From a virus: a stretch of DNA of 64,000 bases. The notes beneath the pieces are model-generated. The model saw only the letters and a program-made list of their open reading frames with translations, did no database searches and was not told where the DNA came from. Position numbers and translations under genes: made by a program. Shown here one piece after another: positions 8,151-17,633 of the stretch (positions are counted from its first letter, which is position 1; each line of letters opens with the position of its first letter). The stretch is taken from UHGV virus genome UHGV-0312576. One strand, written 5' to 3'.

Positions 8151-8169
8151 AACTTGCTAATAAATGTCA

Positions 8170-9660
8170 AGCAATTTTTGAAAAAAATTGGATCGTAAAA
8201 AAGGGTAACTTTAATAAACACCACAGTAGGTGATAAAAAAGAAGTGTAGGTTATTTATAAAGCTCCATCACTCTTGCATAGTAAATTCTCAAAAACTTAT
8301 TAACACCAGCCATTTTGGCTACAGTCTTGTGCTTACCTTCAGATTCTTTCTTGATGATGAACTGGTAAACAGGGTCATTCTCGGGCTTATGTACCTTGAG
8401 TGAGTGCATGACCTCATAGCAGGCTTTACGCAAGTAGGCTGAGCCACGTTTTGATATATGCCGATTGGTCCCTTCGAATTGCCCAGACTGATAAGGAGGT
8501 GCATCATTACCGGCGTAAGCATTAAGTGCTTTAGCACTGGTAAACCTCCGTACATCTCCAATCTCGGCAATCAGGATAGGGGCCAGGCGGTCTCCAACGC
8601 CATACATGGAACGGACAATGGAATACTCTGGCATTGTATAAGCGATAGACTGCATTTGTCGCAGTATCAAATCGGCTGAGGAGCTGGCTTGCTTTAACAT
8701 TAACAGGCACTGAGATAACGCAAGAGAAGTGGTAACATCGGGGCTGCGGGTGATAATGCCATCAGAGGCGGCTTGATAAATCGCAAGAGCTTTCTTTTGA
8801 GAACCCCTACATCGGTGTTTTTGGGCAAAAGCGATGTAACTATTTACAAACCGTTTTTCACCCATCTGAGAGATTTTTTCATAGCTCTGGTATTTTTCTA
8901 CGAAGTCGAAGAAAAGCGTGTTTTCCAGGTATCTGGATGAGATAGGAATGATATTTTGAATACCAGGCATGATATCATCTAACAGATTGGAGAGTTGGAC
9001 TCTGGCTTTGACTTTCATAGAAACGCTTTGACTGTATTGTCTGGACAGAAATTTTAGGTCCTCATACTTTTGGTCGGTAGGGCTGTAAGGCCTTAACTGA
9101 TATGACTTTTCTAACACAAAATGTGCAATGCGGACAGCATCCTTTTTATCAGTCTTTCCTTTTCTGATACTGTTGTCCATAAACTTTTTAACCAGGAATG
9201 GATTAATCACGAATACGGTGAATCCTGCTTCAAGCAGAGCTTTAAGAATGGGATAGTGGTAATGTCCAGTTGATTCCAAAGCGACTTTAGTCTCTTCTTG
9301 GTATGAATGAATTAAGGCTGTGAGTTGAGTAATATCGCTGATAGTATGTGAAAAGTCATGTGGCTTTGACAGAACAGTCCCATCAGAGCGAATAATTGCG
9401 ACAGTGCTTTTGGATTTAGATACATCAATACCTACAGCTAACATACGGGGTTCCTCCTTTGTGAATTAGTATGATTGGGTCCAGCACTCAGTTATCAATT
9501 CATTTTCGTTAGTTACCCGGAAGCGAATCCCAACTTGCTTAATCGAATTAGTGATAATGAGTGATGGTTAACACTTTTAATTTCGGGAGCTATGTCCCAC
9601 ATTTAGGCCGTTAACCAATCAGACTCATCATAACAAAAAAAATAAGAATAGGGGTTCTTT
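8170..9660 (-). mobile_element. IS110-family insertion sequence (ends approximate)
   Basis: Single transposase ORF plus a ~220-nt untranslated leader, as usual for IS110 elements. It interrupts the co-directional phage gene string. No terminal inverted repeats were found by eye. Confidence 0.55.
8251..9444 (-). CDS. IS110-family transposase (DEDD N-domain + Transposase_20 C-domain)
   Basis: MLAVGIDVSKSKSTVAII...ALESTGHYH N-terminal motif set and C-terminal YAGNDAPPYQSGQFEGTNRHISKRGSAYLRKA. Confidence 0.85.
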   Translation of the reverse strand: MLAVGIDVSKSKSTVAIIRSDGTVLSKPHDFSHTISDITQLTALIHSYQEETKVALESTGHYHYPILKALLEAGFTVFVINPFLVKKFMDNSIRKGKTDKKDAVRIAHFVLEKSYQLRPYSPTDQKYEDLKFLSRQYSQSVSMKVKARVQLSNLLDDIMPGIQNIIPISSRYLENTLFFDFVEKYQSYEKISQMGEKRFVNSYIAFAQKHRCRGSQKKALAIYQAASDGIITRSPDVTTSLALSQCLLMLKQASSSADLILRQMQSIAYTMPEYSIVRSMYGVGDRLAPILIAEIGDVRRFTSAKALNAYAGNDAPPYQSGQFEGTNRHISKRGSAYLRKACYEVMHSLKVHKPENDPVYQFIIKKESEGKHKTVAKMAGVNKFLRIYYARVMELYK

Positions 9661-9700
9661 CCCTACTCTTATATAGTACGACAATTTAGGAGGTGTATGT

Positions 9701-10030
9701 ATGAATAATAGATATTTATACAAGGCAAAGAAGATATATAAAGAGGAGTGGGTTGAAGGGTTTTATGTATTATGCAGAGGGCATCATTACATTCTTCCAG
9801 TATATGATCTTGATCACGGATTCGATGAGCGATATTCAGAATGGTTTGAGATAGAGCCATCTACTCTATGCCAGTGTACCGGAATGTGCGGTGATAAAAG
9901 CAGTGCATATATTCTCGATGGCAAGGAACTTAATGCAGACGAACTTATTATGGAATTAGCGGAGCGTGGAAAAATATTCTTAAATTTTGATAGGGATATA
10001 TCAAAATTTGGTGTAGAGGTAACTCTTTAA
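9701..10030 (+). CDS. YopX-family phage protein
   Basis: KEEWVEGFYV...EIEPSTLCQCTGMCGDKSSAYILDGKEL fits the YopX pattern EWVEGYY...I.P.T..Q.TG..DKNG..I.EGD. Confidence 0.5.
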   Translation: MNNRYLYKAKKIYKEEWVEGFYVLCRGHHYILPVYDLDHGFDERYSEWFEIEPSTLCQCTGMCGDKSSAYILDGKELNADELIMELAERGKIFLNFDRDISKFGVEVTL

Positions 10031-10294
10031 AATTACGAGATTTCCGGGAGAACCGGAGGAAGGAAAAGCGTATGGGAATTGATTTGAGTAGATTTAAGGT
10101 AATCCACGGAGACAAGGTATTAAATGCAGTGGCGCTTATGGAGATAAGGATGCCAGAAGGAACGTGGGAAGATAGAGAGACTATTATTACCTAAAACACT
10201 TGAAATTTTGGCTATTAATGAGGATGGGAACATTGTATCTATCATGGATGAGGCGTGGATGTTTCAGTTTCTTCCCATAGTCTCGAATTAGCAT

Positions 10295-10609
10295 TTGGCT
10301 GCCGACTGCCAAGTGTCGGAGAAAGCAGGAAATATGATTATAACAGGAATGAAACATTTTGAAAGTGTATGCAAAAGAAAACTTGTAGATTGGTATAACT
10401 GTGATGTGGAGACAAAAGGCACACGCATTGATTTGGATGATGTTTATATTGTATGGGCTTGCAAGACTTTACAGAACTACAAGTGTTTAGCTTCAACTTC
10501 GGTTAGTGGAGACGGTATTTATGCTGAGTATACGTATAATGGGGACAAACAGGAATTATACGAAGATGTATACAAAAAATTGACGAATACTTGCCATAGA
10601 GAAGAATAG
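10295..10609 (+). CDS. hypothetical protein
   Basis: ORF-track frame; a likely ATG start is at 10334. Confidence 0.4.
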   Translation: MAADCQVSEKAGNMIITGMKHFESVCKRKLVDWYNCDVETKGTRIDLDDVYIVWACKTLQNYKCLASTSVSGDGIYAEYTYNGDKQELYEDVYKKLTNTCHREE

Positions 10610-10670
10610 TTAAACTGAAATTTCGGAAACGAATCAACCCGTGATTTCAAGGGAGATTGGAGTTTGAAAT

Positions 10671-10892
10671 ATGTTTAAAGTTATTTATAAAAAAAGTAAA
10701 GAGCATTATCGAAGTCTATTAATAAAGGCATCCGAGATGGGAATACCTGAGGATTATATAAGACATGCTTTAGAAATAGAAATATACGGAGTAAAAGATG
10801 ATAAACATGGATATCCTACATTTTTGATTAGAAGTGATAATCGGTGGATTTGGAAAAGTGCAAAACATTTTATTCCAGTAGAAGAGATATAG
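10671..10892 (+). CDS. hypothetical protein
   Basis: 73-aa ORF. Confidence 0.4.
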   Translation: MFKVIYKKSKEHYRSLLIKASEMGIPEDYIRHALEIEIYGVKDDKHGYPTFLIRSDNRWIWKSAKHFIPVEEI

Positions 10893-11192
10893 ACGGATGA
10901 AACTCACATTTAGTCTGGTACTCTGTGAAGGGAGAAAAGAATGTTAGAGAAATTAATTGAATTATTGGGTGAAGACAATGTAAAGAAAATAGAGGATGGT
11001 ATCACTGAGATTATCTTAGATCGAATTAGGGCAGATGAAGTATCCAATTAAAGAGCGTGTGGCACGTATCGGAAATAGTGTAGTGCCGGTTATGGCTCAG
11101 GCATTAATCGAAGCTAATTGCCAAGAACTAATAGATGCATAATTCAATCAAAAGAGATTGAAATACAATTTTTATCCGTTAACACGGAGAAT

Positions 11193-11762
11193 ATGTTATT
11201 GGAGGTGATAATCATAGGACTAAATATAGGTTATTTAACATCAGACACAGAAGATAATGAGCTTTATACACCAGCATTCGCTGTAGATCCGATTATAAAA
11301 TATCTTCCAAAAGATAAAATAATGTGGCTACCATTTGATGATGAGTGGTCGATGTTTTACCAGAGATTGACTGAGGAGGGTTTTAAAGTAATTAGAAGTT
11401 CATTATCTGAAGGAAAGGACTTTTTTGAATATGAGCCGGATACCTGGGACTTCATTGTAAGTAATCCACCGTTCAGCATCAAAGATAAAGTGTTAGAACG
11501 TCTATATTCATTCAACAAACCTTTTGCGGTACTTCTTCCGCTAAACTCCCTTCAAGGTAAAACAAGATACAAATATTTTAGCCAGGGCATTCAGCTCCTC
11601 AGTTTTGATGCAAGAGTTTCTTATCATGACAGAGAACATATGGATAAGCCGGTTAAGGGGAGTCCATTCGCAACGGCATACTTTTGTAGAGATGTACTAC
11701 CAAGGGATTTGATTGTGGAGAAGTTGATTACGTATGATAGACCTTTGATAGAGAATAATTAA
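11193..11762 (+). CDS. putative amino-methyltransferase-like protein with NPPF motif (substrate unknown, DNA or RNA)
   Basis: Motif IV FIVSNPPFS is preceded by YTPAFAVDPI. A glycine-rich SAM loop is not evident. It sits directly upstream of the RNA ligase and kinase genes. Confidence 0.45.
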   Translation: MLLEVIIIGLNIGYLTSDTEDNELYTPAFAVDPIIKYLPKDKIMWLPFDDEWSMFYQRLTEEGFKVIRSSLSEGKDFFEYEPDTWDFIVSNPPFSIKDKVLERLYSFNKPFAVLLPLNSLQGKTRYKYFSQGIQLLSFDARVSYHDREHMDKPVKGSPFATAYFCRDVLPRDLIVEKLITYDRPLIENN

Positions 11763-11859
11763 CTGGACAGGAAATTTTCATTTCATGCCTTTTCAACACG
11801 AGATATAGATGAAAATAGAGGAAATTAACAAGATATAGTATAAAAAAACAGGAGGTAAT

Positions 11860-13029
11860 ATGGCAGAAAGAGCATTAGCACATATTGAAAAGGTGGAATG
11901 GGTAAATCCAATCGAAGGAGCTGATAATATCGAACTTATTGGTATATTAGGTTGGGTTTGTGTTGCAAAAAAGGAGGAGTTTAGGCCGGGAGATATTGCT
12001 GTTTACATTGAGATTGATAGTAAATGTCCGGAAAATGATGAGCGATTTGCTTTTTTGGCAGCTAAACACTATAAAGTGAAAACTATGAAGTTAGGAAAAT
12101 TCAAAGTAATCAGTCAGGGGCTTGCATTACCAATTACTTTATTCCCGGAGTTTGCTGGTAAGAAAATTGGCGATGATGTAACCAATGAACTGAAAATTAC
12201 ATACTCTTCTCAGGAAGATATTAAGAGAAAATCAAATGGAGTTGATCCGGAAGCCAAGTATAAAGCAATGGCTAACAGGAAGCCTAATTTGTTTAAGAAG
12301 CCATTAGTACGGAAGATAATGAGGTACAAATTTGGACGTAAGTTAATGTTTTTGCTTTTTGGCAGAAAGAAAGATAATCCGAAGAAATTTCCTGATTGGA
12401 TTGTGAAGACTGATGAAACAAGAATTGAGAATGCTCCGTTTTATTTAAATAGTACAGATAAATGGGTTAAAACAGAGAAGTGTGATGGGACTAGCTGTAC
12501 GTATGCTGTTGACAGATTAAAAAAAGGGAAAAATAAATTTGATTTTATTGTGTGTAGTAGAAATGTACGGCAAGCAGATAGAAACCAAGAAACTTATCAC
12601 GACTCAAATATTTATTGGGAACTGGCAGATAAATATGGGATTGAAAAGATTCTTACTGATTTTGCAACAGAGAATAATTATAGCAGAGTGGTATTACAGG
12701 GAGAGGGAGTTGGTTCTGTTCAAGGAAATCCATATAAATTGAAGGAGAATGTACTATATGTATTTAATCTCATTATTGATGGAGTGAGGGCTGGAACTGT
12801 GGAAATGTCTAACTTTTGCAAGGCACATAATTTAACAAGTGTTCCAATTATTGATACTGAATGTGTATTGCCGAAGACTATGGAAGAAATGAAGCTTGAG
12901 GCTGATGGATATAGTGAGTTAAATCCAAAGGTAAAGAGAGAAGGATTTGTATATAGGAGTGTTGATGGACAACAGAGTTTTAAAAATGTTTCAAGAGAGT
13001 ATTTGTTAAAACATAATGGTAAGGAGTAA
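11860..13029 (+). CDS. ATP-dependent RNA ligase (covalent nucleotidyltransferase superfamily, KxDG motif I)
   Basis: Lysine-adenylylation motif VKTEKCDGTS near residue 200; AGGAGGTAATATGG RBS. It is adjacent to a polynucleotide kinase gene, as in T4 pnk/rnlA healing-sealing pairs. Confidence 0.6.
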   Translation: MAERALAHIEKVEWVNPIEGADNIELIGILGWVCVAKKEEFRPGDIAVYIEIDSKCPENDERFAFLAAKHYKVKTMKLGKFKVISQGLALPITLFPEFAGKKIGDDVTNELKITYSSQEDIKRKSNGVDPEAKYKAMANRKPNLFKKPLVRKIMRYKFGRKLMFLLFGRKKDNPKKFPDWIVKTDETRIENAPFYLNSTDKWVKTEKCDGTSCTYAVDRLKKGKNKFDFIVCSRNVRQADRNQETYHDSNIYWELADKYGIEKILTDFATENNYSRVVLQGEGVGSVQGNPYKLKENVLYVFNLIIDGVRAGTVEMSNFCKAHNLTSVPIIDTECVLPKTMEEMKLEADGYSELNPKVKREGFVYRSVDGQQSFKNVSREYLLKHNGKE

Positions 13030-13034
13030 ACGAG

Positions 13035-14099
13035 ATGTCAATACCAATTTTTACAATGATGGTAGGTTTACCTGGTAGTGGTAAATCTACCTACGCAGAA
13101 AAACTATCAAAAGAACGCAGCGCAATAATTTGTAGTTCTGATAAAGTTAGAGAAGATTTGTATGGAGACGAAAACTCGCAAAGCAACAATGATGAGGTTT
13201 TTAAATTATTACATAAAAGAATTAAAGAACTTCTTAAAGCAGGCGAAAGTGTTATTTATGATGCGACGAATATCAATTCCAAAAGACGTAGAGCATTTTT
13301 ATCTGAATTGAGAAGTATTCCATGTAAAAAGATTTGCGTGATAATGGCAACTTCATTGAAGAAGTGTTGTAGACAGAATAATTCTAGGAGCAGGACAGTT
13401 CCATATGAAGTTATTGAGAGAATGTATAAGAACTGGAATACCCCGTATTGGTTTGAAGGATGGGATGAGATTAAAGTTGCTTCGGAATATAAATTACCAA
13501 ACCTAATTTTTTGTTGGTTGACGGATTATATGGATTTTAATCAACAAAATCCAAATCATACTTTAACACTTGGGAAACACTCTATTGAAGTAGGGGATTA
13601 CTTTCCAGAAAATAGTTTATTGCGAGATGCTGGATACCTTCATGACTGTGGAAAGCCGTTTACAAAATCTTTTAATAACTCAAAGGGAGAAGAAACAAAT
13701 GTGGCGCATTATTATCAACATCATTGTGTAGGAGCTTATGATAGTTTGTTTTATGACTATTCAGAAGGCGTTGATAGATTAGACGGCTCTATTCTAATTA
13801 ATTTGCACATGATGCCTTATTTTTGGGAGAAAGACAAAGAGTACGGGGAGAAGACAAGGTTGAAATATAAGAAGCTATGGGGTGAGGAACTATATAACAA
13901 TGTGATGAAACTGCATGAGGCTGTGGAGTGGTGCCAACAGCATGGTTTGGAATTTGATGCTATTAACGAGAATCTACCGGAGACACTAGAGTGGCTTGGC
14001 GGAACTGAAAGTAGGAAAATTCACGCAGATGTCTTTATTGATGACAAGGCTGTTAATAAGCCAAAATATTGTGTGCCATATAAGGAGTGTACCATGTAA
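13035..14099 (+). CDS. polynucleotide kinase (P-loop) fused to an HD-domain phosphoesterase (RNA end-healing enzyme)
   Basis: Walker A MMVGLPGSGKST. C-terminal HD signature HTLTLGKHS...GYLHDCGKP...HHC resembles the CCA-enzyme HD 2',3'-cyclic phosphodiesterase. Confidence 0.65.
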   Translation: MSIPIFTMMVGLPGSGKSTYAEKLSKERSAIICSSDKVREDLYGDENSQSNNDEVFKLLHKRIKELLKAGESVIYDATNINSKRRRAFLSELRSIPCKKICVIMATSLKKCCRQNNSRSRTVPYEVIERMYKNWNTPYWFEGWDEIKVASEYKLPNLIFCWLTDYMDFNQQNPNHTLTLGKHSIEVGDYFPENSLLRDAGYLHDCGKPFTKSFNNSKGEETNVAHYYQHHCVGAYDSLFYDYSEGVDRLDGSILINLHMMPYFWEKDKEYGEKTRLKYKKLWGEELYNNVMKLHEAVEWCQQHGLEFDAINENLPETLEWLGGTESRKIHADVFIDDKAVNKPKYCVPYKECTM

Positions 14100-14584
14100 T
14101 GGAGCAGCTGAATTACCTTAAACAAAAGATGATTCCTATTGTGAATCAATGTCTGAAGATACATGGCGGTGGAGAAAGCTATTTTGATGAATTAGACGGT
14201 CTGATTAAGAATGACATTGAGTTAATGGTTACATATCTTAAATATGCAGTAGAAAAAGAGAAGATTGAGAATGTGGTTGTATCTGGAGAAATTGGTCTTA
14301 TATTATCTAAGCTAATCAGCAAAAAGATTATTCCCATGGATGTTAATTTAATATGTCTGAATGGAGGGCTGCGTAAGGGGGAGGAGCCGGTGGGAACTAT
14401 CCCGCGTTACCAATCGTTCAAAGCCATCTTTTTCGATGACAGCTATTATAGTGGTAAGACGGCTATGGCAGTTCATGATTACATACATAAGTGTGGAGGA
14501 ACCATTGTGAAGAATTACGTTTTCTACGATGGTTGCTTAAAGAAACATGATGATGTGGATAGTCTATATCGGTATTACAAATAG
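14087..14584 (+). CDS. type I phosphoribosyltransferase (PRTase) domain protein
   Basis: PRPP-binding motif AIFFDDSYYSGKTA; overlaps the upstream gene by 13 nt. Confidence 0.55.
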   Translation: MYHVMEQLNYLKQKMIPIVNQCLKIHGGGESYFDELDGLIKNDIELMVTYLKYAVEKEKIENVVVSGEIGLILSKLISKKIIPMDVNLICLNGGLRKGEEPVGTIPRYQSFKAIFFDDSYYSGKTAMAVHDYIHKCGGTIVKNYVFYDGCLKKHDDVDSLYRYYK

Positions 14585-14624
14585 GCTGAAATTTCGGTTT
14601 CGTGTGAGGAGGTGGGTGGCGAAA

Positions 14625-14828
14625 ATGTCAATTTTGATGATTGAAGACCAGCTTGTAACGGTTAAGGGATCAGAAGTTCTGAAAGCGCAATTTGAGAATT
14701 ATTGTAGTTGGTGTTGGGGACACGGATACGGGAACTGTGATATGTGTAAAAGGGTTTATCACAGATATTATATTCCGATTAGAAAAAGAGAACTTCAAGA
14801 AAAATTGGGATTAAATGATATAAGATGA
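14625..14828 (+). CDS. small Cys-rich protein
   Basis: ATG 14625 after a GAGGAGGTG RBS; CSWCWGHGYGNCDMC. Confidence 0.4.
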   Translation: MSILMIEDQLVTVKGSEVLKAQFENYCSWCWGHGYGNCDMCKRVYHRYYIPIRKRELQEKLGLNDIR

Positions 14829-14869
14829 AAGTCGAGTTTCTTGTGCTAATAGAAATGGGGTGACAGAAA

Positions 14870-15205
14870 ATGGAGTGTCCATATTGTGGTAAAGAATTAA
14901 ACTGTGTAGACCATCATGGGACTGGAAGGCCGGAATGTTATTATGGAACGGCTGCTAACGGCATATATTATCCATCAACATATAACAAACTTGGTGACAT
15001 TTATAAATGCAGTAACTCTTTTGGGTTCAACAACAAAAGCGAAGCTATGGATTATATTAACGCTCAATCAGAAGCAGATTTAGAGAAATATATTAATGAT
15101 AATGAACTGGAAGACTGGATGGATATCGTCTGTGAGAGTGAAACATTTAATGAGAACTTCTACACAGACAATAATGAAAATTTATTTGAGGGTTATCCAT
15201 GTTAG
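14870..15205 (+). CDS. hypothetical protein with N-terminal CPYCG...C zinc-ribbon-like motif
   Basis: 111-aa ORF. Confidence 0.45.
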   Translation: MECPYCGKELNCVDHHGTGRPECYYGTAANGIYYPSTYNKLGDIYKCSNSFGFNNKSEAMDYINAQSEADLEKYINDNELEDWMDIVCESETFNENFYTDNNENLFEGYPC

Positions 15206-15213
15206 GAGGTTGA

Positions 15214-15612
15214 ATGAAAGAACTTAGAATTATCATAGCTGGTGGGAGAGATTTTGACGATTTTGAATTACTTTACAAAAGTGTTGAGAAAATTCAGCTT
15301 GATTATGTTGATAGATATTTTGATGAATTATCAAGAGTTTGCATTGTAAGTGGAAACGCAAGAGGAGCTGATAAACTTGGCGAATTATATGCGAAGAGAA
15401 TGGGATTGCACATTTATATATGTCCAGCAGCGTGGGATTTATACGGAAAGAGTGCTGGTTACAGAAGAAATGCTGAAATGGCAAAGTTTGCTTCTGAAGA
15501 TGGTAACATTGGCGTACTGATTGCATTCTGGGACGGTAAGAGTCGAGGAACTAAACATATGATTGATTTGGCGAAGAGATATGGACTGAAAGTACATGCG
15601 GTGAACTACTAG
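15214..15612 (+). CDS. SLOG-superfamily Rossmann protein (DUF2493 / DprA-LOG-like)
   Basis: IIIAGGRDF...IVSGNARGADKLGE...ICPAAWDLYGKSAGYRRNAEMA...VLIAFWDGKSRGT pattern. Confidence 0.5.
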   Translation: MKELRIIIAGGRDFDDFELLYKSVEKIQLDYVDRYFDELSRVCIVSGNARGADKLGELYAKRMGLHIYICPAAWDLYGKSAGYRRNAEMAKFASEDGNIGVLIAFWDGKSRGTKHMIDLAKRYGLKVHAVNY

Positions 15613-15628
15613 ATGGGAGAATATATAA

Positions 15629-15898
15629 ATGAAGAAAACAAAACAGATTGATACATATTATTGTGATTATTGCGGTAAAGAGTGTGAACAAACACCGGAA
15701 TATTTTATGCCAGAAATAAGAAAAGTACAATATACAAGCCGTTGCTCGAAAAATATTATTAGACCATCACAAAAGGATATTTGTCCAGTTTGCCAAAAGC
15801 AGATTGCGAAACTTATCAATCTCTTACATTATGCAGATTTTGTAGGTGATGATATGGAAAAAGTGGTATATGTGCTTTTGAAAAAGTCAAAGGCTTGA
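15629..15898 (+). CDS. small zinc-finger protein
   Basis: 89 aa, CDYCG...CPVC. Confidence 0.45.
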   Translation: MKKTKQIDTYYCDYCGKECEQTPEYFMPEIRKVQYTSRCSKNIIRPSQKDICPVCQKQIAKLINLLHYADFVGDDMEKVVYVLLKKSKA

Positions 15899-15953
15899 AA
15901 CTTTGGATTCGTGTGAAAGTGGGTGATTTAATATCATAAGAAATATAGATGAA

Positions 15954-16148
15954 ATGGCAGAAGATGAGTCATTGTGTGAATATTGTGATGCGGAACCTGG
16001 TTGGCATATGCCTGGTGGCGGTACTCCGTATTCTTGTGAAGGCGCATATTGTAAAGAAGCATATGAGTGCTATTTGAATGAATTGGGTATTTCCGATAGG
16101 GTTGTAAAGATTAAAAATAAAACAAAAGTGACGATAGAAAGGGATTAA
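15954..16148 (+). CDS. small Cys-rich protein
   Basis: 64 aa, CEYCD...C..AYC. Confidence 0.4.
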   Translation: MAEDESLCEYCDAEPGWHMPGGGTPYSCEGAYCKEAYECYLNELGISDRVVKIKNKTKVTIERD

Positions 16149-16149
16149 T

Positions 16150-16719
16150 ATGGGGCAGATTTTAAAGATAGAATACGATATGGAAGACATGGTTCTTGGT
16201 ATTAAAGAAGCGGTTAAAGAAGAATTGAAGCCTGAAATTGCTGAGGAAATCCGAGAGGAAATCAAGTCAGAAATTAAGTCAGAGATTATGAATAAGGTAA
16301 AAGAACAGATTCCAGAGGATACATCGGTTTGGCTCAAAGATATTATGAAAGAAATTTATGATACAGAAATCATCAGAGTCGGTGGTGGATGGAACGAAGA
16401 TGATAAAGAATATACATTGAGAGAATATGTAATTGAACAGATTAAGGACAGGATTGTAAACAATGATTGTGGTTCAAAAAAGAGTTATTCTTCAACGTCA
16501 TTTAATGAATGGTTTAGAGATAAATGTGTAGATACTGATATACAGAAAGTGATCGATAGAGAAATCAAGACAATTCGTGATGATGTAAATAGCAAAGTAA
16601 AAAGTATGTTTGATAGCAGCACAAAGCAAATGTTATCAGAAGCGGTTCTGAATGTACTTATGGCGAATGATACATATAAGAAAATCGAAAGCAATATTGG
16701 TAGTATAGCTTCAAAATAA
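16150..16719 (+). CDS. hypothetical protein with acidic EIKSEIKSEI repeat
   Basis: 189-aa ORF. Confidence 0.45.
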   Translation: MGQILKIEYDMEDMVLGIKEAVKEELKPEIAEEIREEIKSEIKSEIMNKVKEQIPEDTSVWLKDIMKEIYDTEIIRVGGGWNEDDKEYTLREYVIEQIKDRIVNNDCGSKKSYSSTSFNEWFRDKCVDTDIQKVIDREIKTIRDDVNSKVKSMFDSSTKQMLSEAVLNVLMANDTYKKIESNIGSIASK

Positions 16720-16761
16720 GGTTTGAAATCTTGGTTTCCTGTGTACGGGGAGGATAATAGT

Positions 16762-17010
16762 ATGGATCAAAATAAATCAGATTATGAAATATATCTATCG
16801 TTATTACAAAATGCAAATATTAAACATGTTACTACAAAGGGAGACTTCCCAGAGAGTTTATATGATAATTTGTATATCGCTACATATGCATCTTATAGCG
16901 ATAGTATAATAACTGTTCATCAATTTAAAGAGTCTGGTAAATTATGTGATATTTATATTGCAGATGCATGTAAAACTTTGGAAGAGTTTTTGAATTATAC
17001 ATCAGAATAA
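16762..17010 (+). CDS. hypothetical protein
   Basis: ATG 16762 after GGGGAGGATAATAGT. Confidence 0.4.
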   Translation: MDQNKSDYEIYLSLLQNANIKHVTTKGDFPESLYDNLYIATYASYSDSIITVHQFKESGKLCDIYIADACKTLEEFLNYTSE

Positions 17011-17084
17011 ACCATCGTTTCATGAGAAATAAAGGAGCGTGAAAAAGTAGTAAAAATCGGTTAGAAGAAAGGTGGTGAAAAGTA

Positions 17085-17459
17085 GTGCATCCGAGCAAAT
17101 TCTTTGAAGAGGTAGGTTGTCGGACTCACATGGATGTGTTTGAACAATATGATCCCTATATCAAGGAGCAGCTTAAAAATGTGCATCCTTTGAATTTCAT
17201 AAAAACCAGGGTTACACTTCCGGTTTTCAAGATTACAATTTCATATAGTACAATAAAAGGTAATCTTCGCCATACGGAAAAGTATATTGTTTTAGACAAC
17301 TCACATCTAGAATCATCAGACTCATTTAATTTATATGTTGAATCAAATGTGCAAATGGAATGTGATTCCTATAACTCGGCTCATCCAAAGAATCCGATGC
17401 TAGATTTTATGATAAATAAGATTGAATTCGTTTGTGACGCTGTGCTACCAATTGGGTAG
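17085..17459 (+). CDS. hypothetical protein
   Basis: 124-aa ORF, probable GTG start. Confidence 0.4.
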   Translation: MHPSKFFEEVGCRTHMDVFEQYDPYIKEQLKNVHPLNFIKTRVTLPVFKITISYSTIKGNLRHTEKYIVLDNSHLESSDSFNLYVESNVQMECDSYNSAHPKNPMLDFMINKIEFVCDAVLPIG

Positions 17460-17633
17460 GTTTTTACCAGATGTATTAAACGCCTTTAGTAGATAAAGGT
17501 TGTCACGAGATTATGAAGCTGGAACGCTGAGATAAATAATCGAAAAAGATATGCGGTAGTGACATAAAAAGACACCCGCTAAGTATGGCTTTGCCTCATG
17601 CAAGCGTAATAAATTGCGTGAGGAAAGTACATA

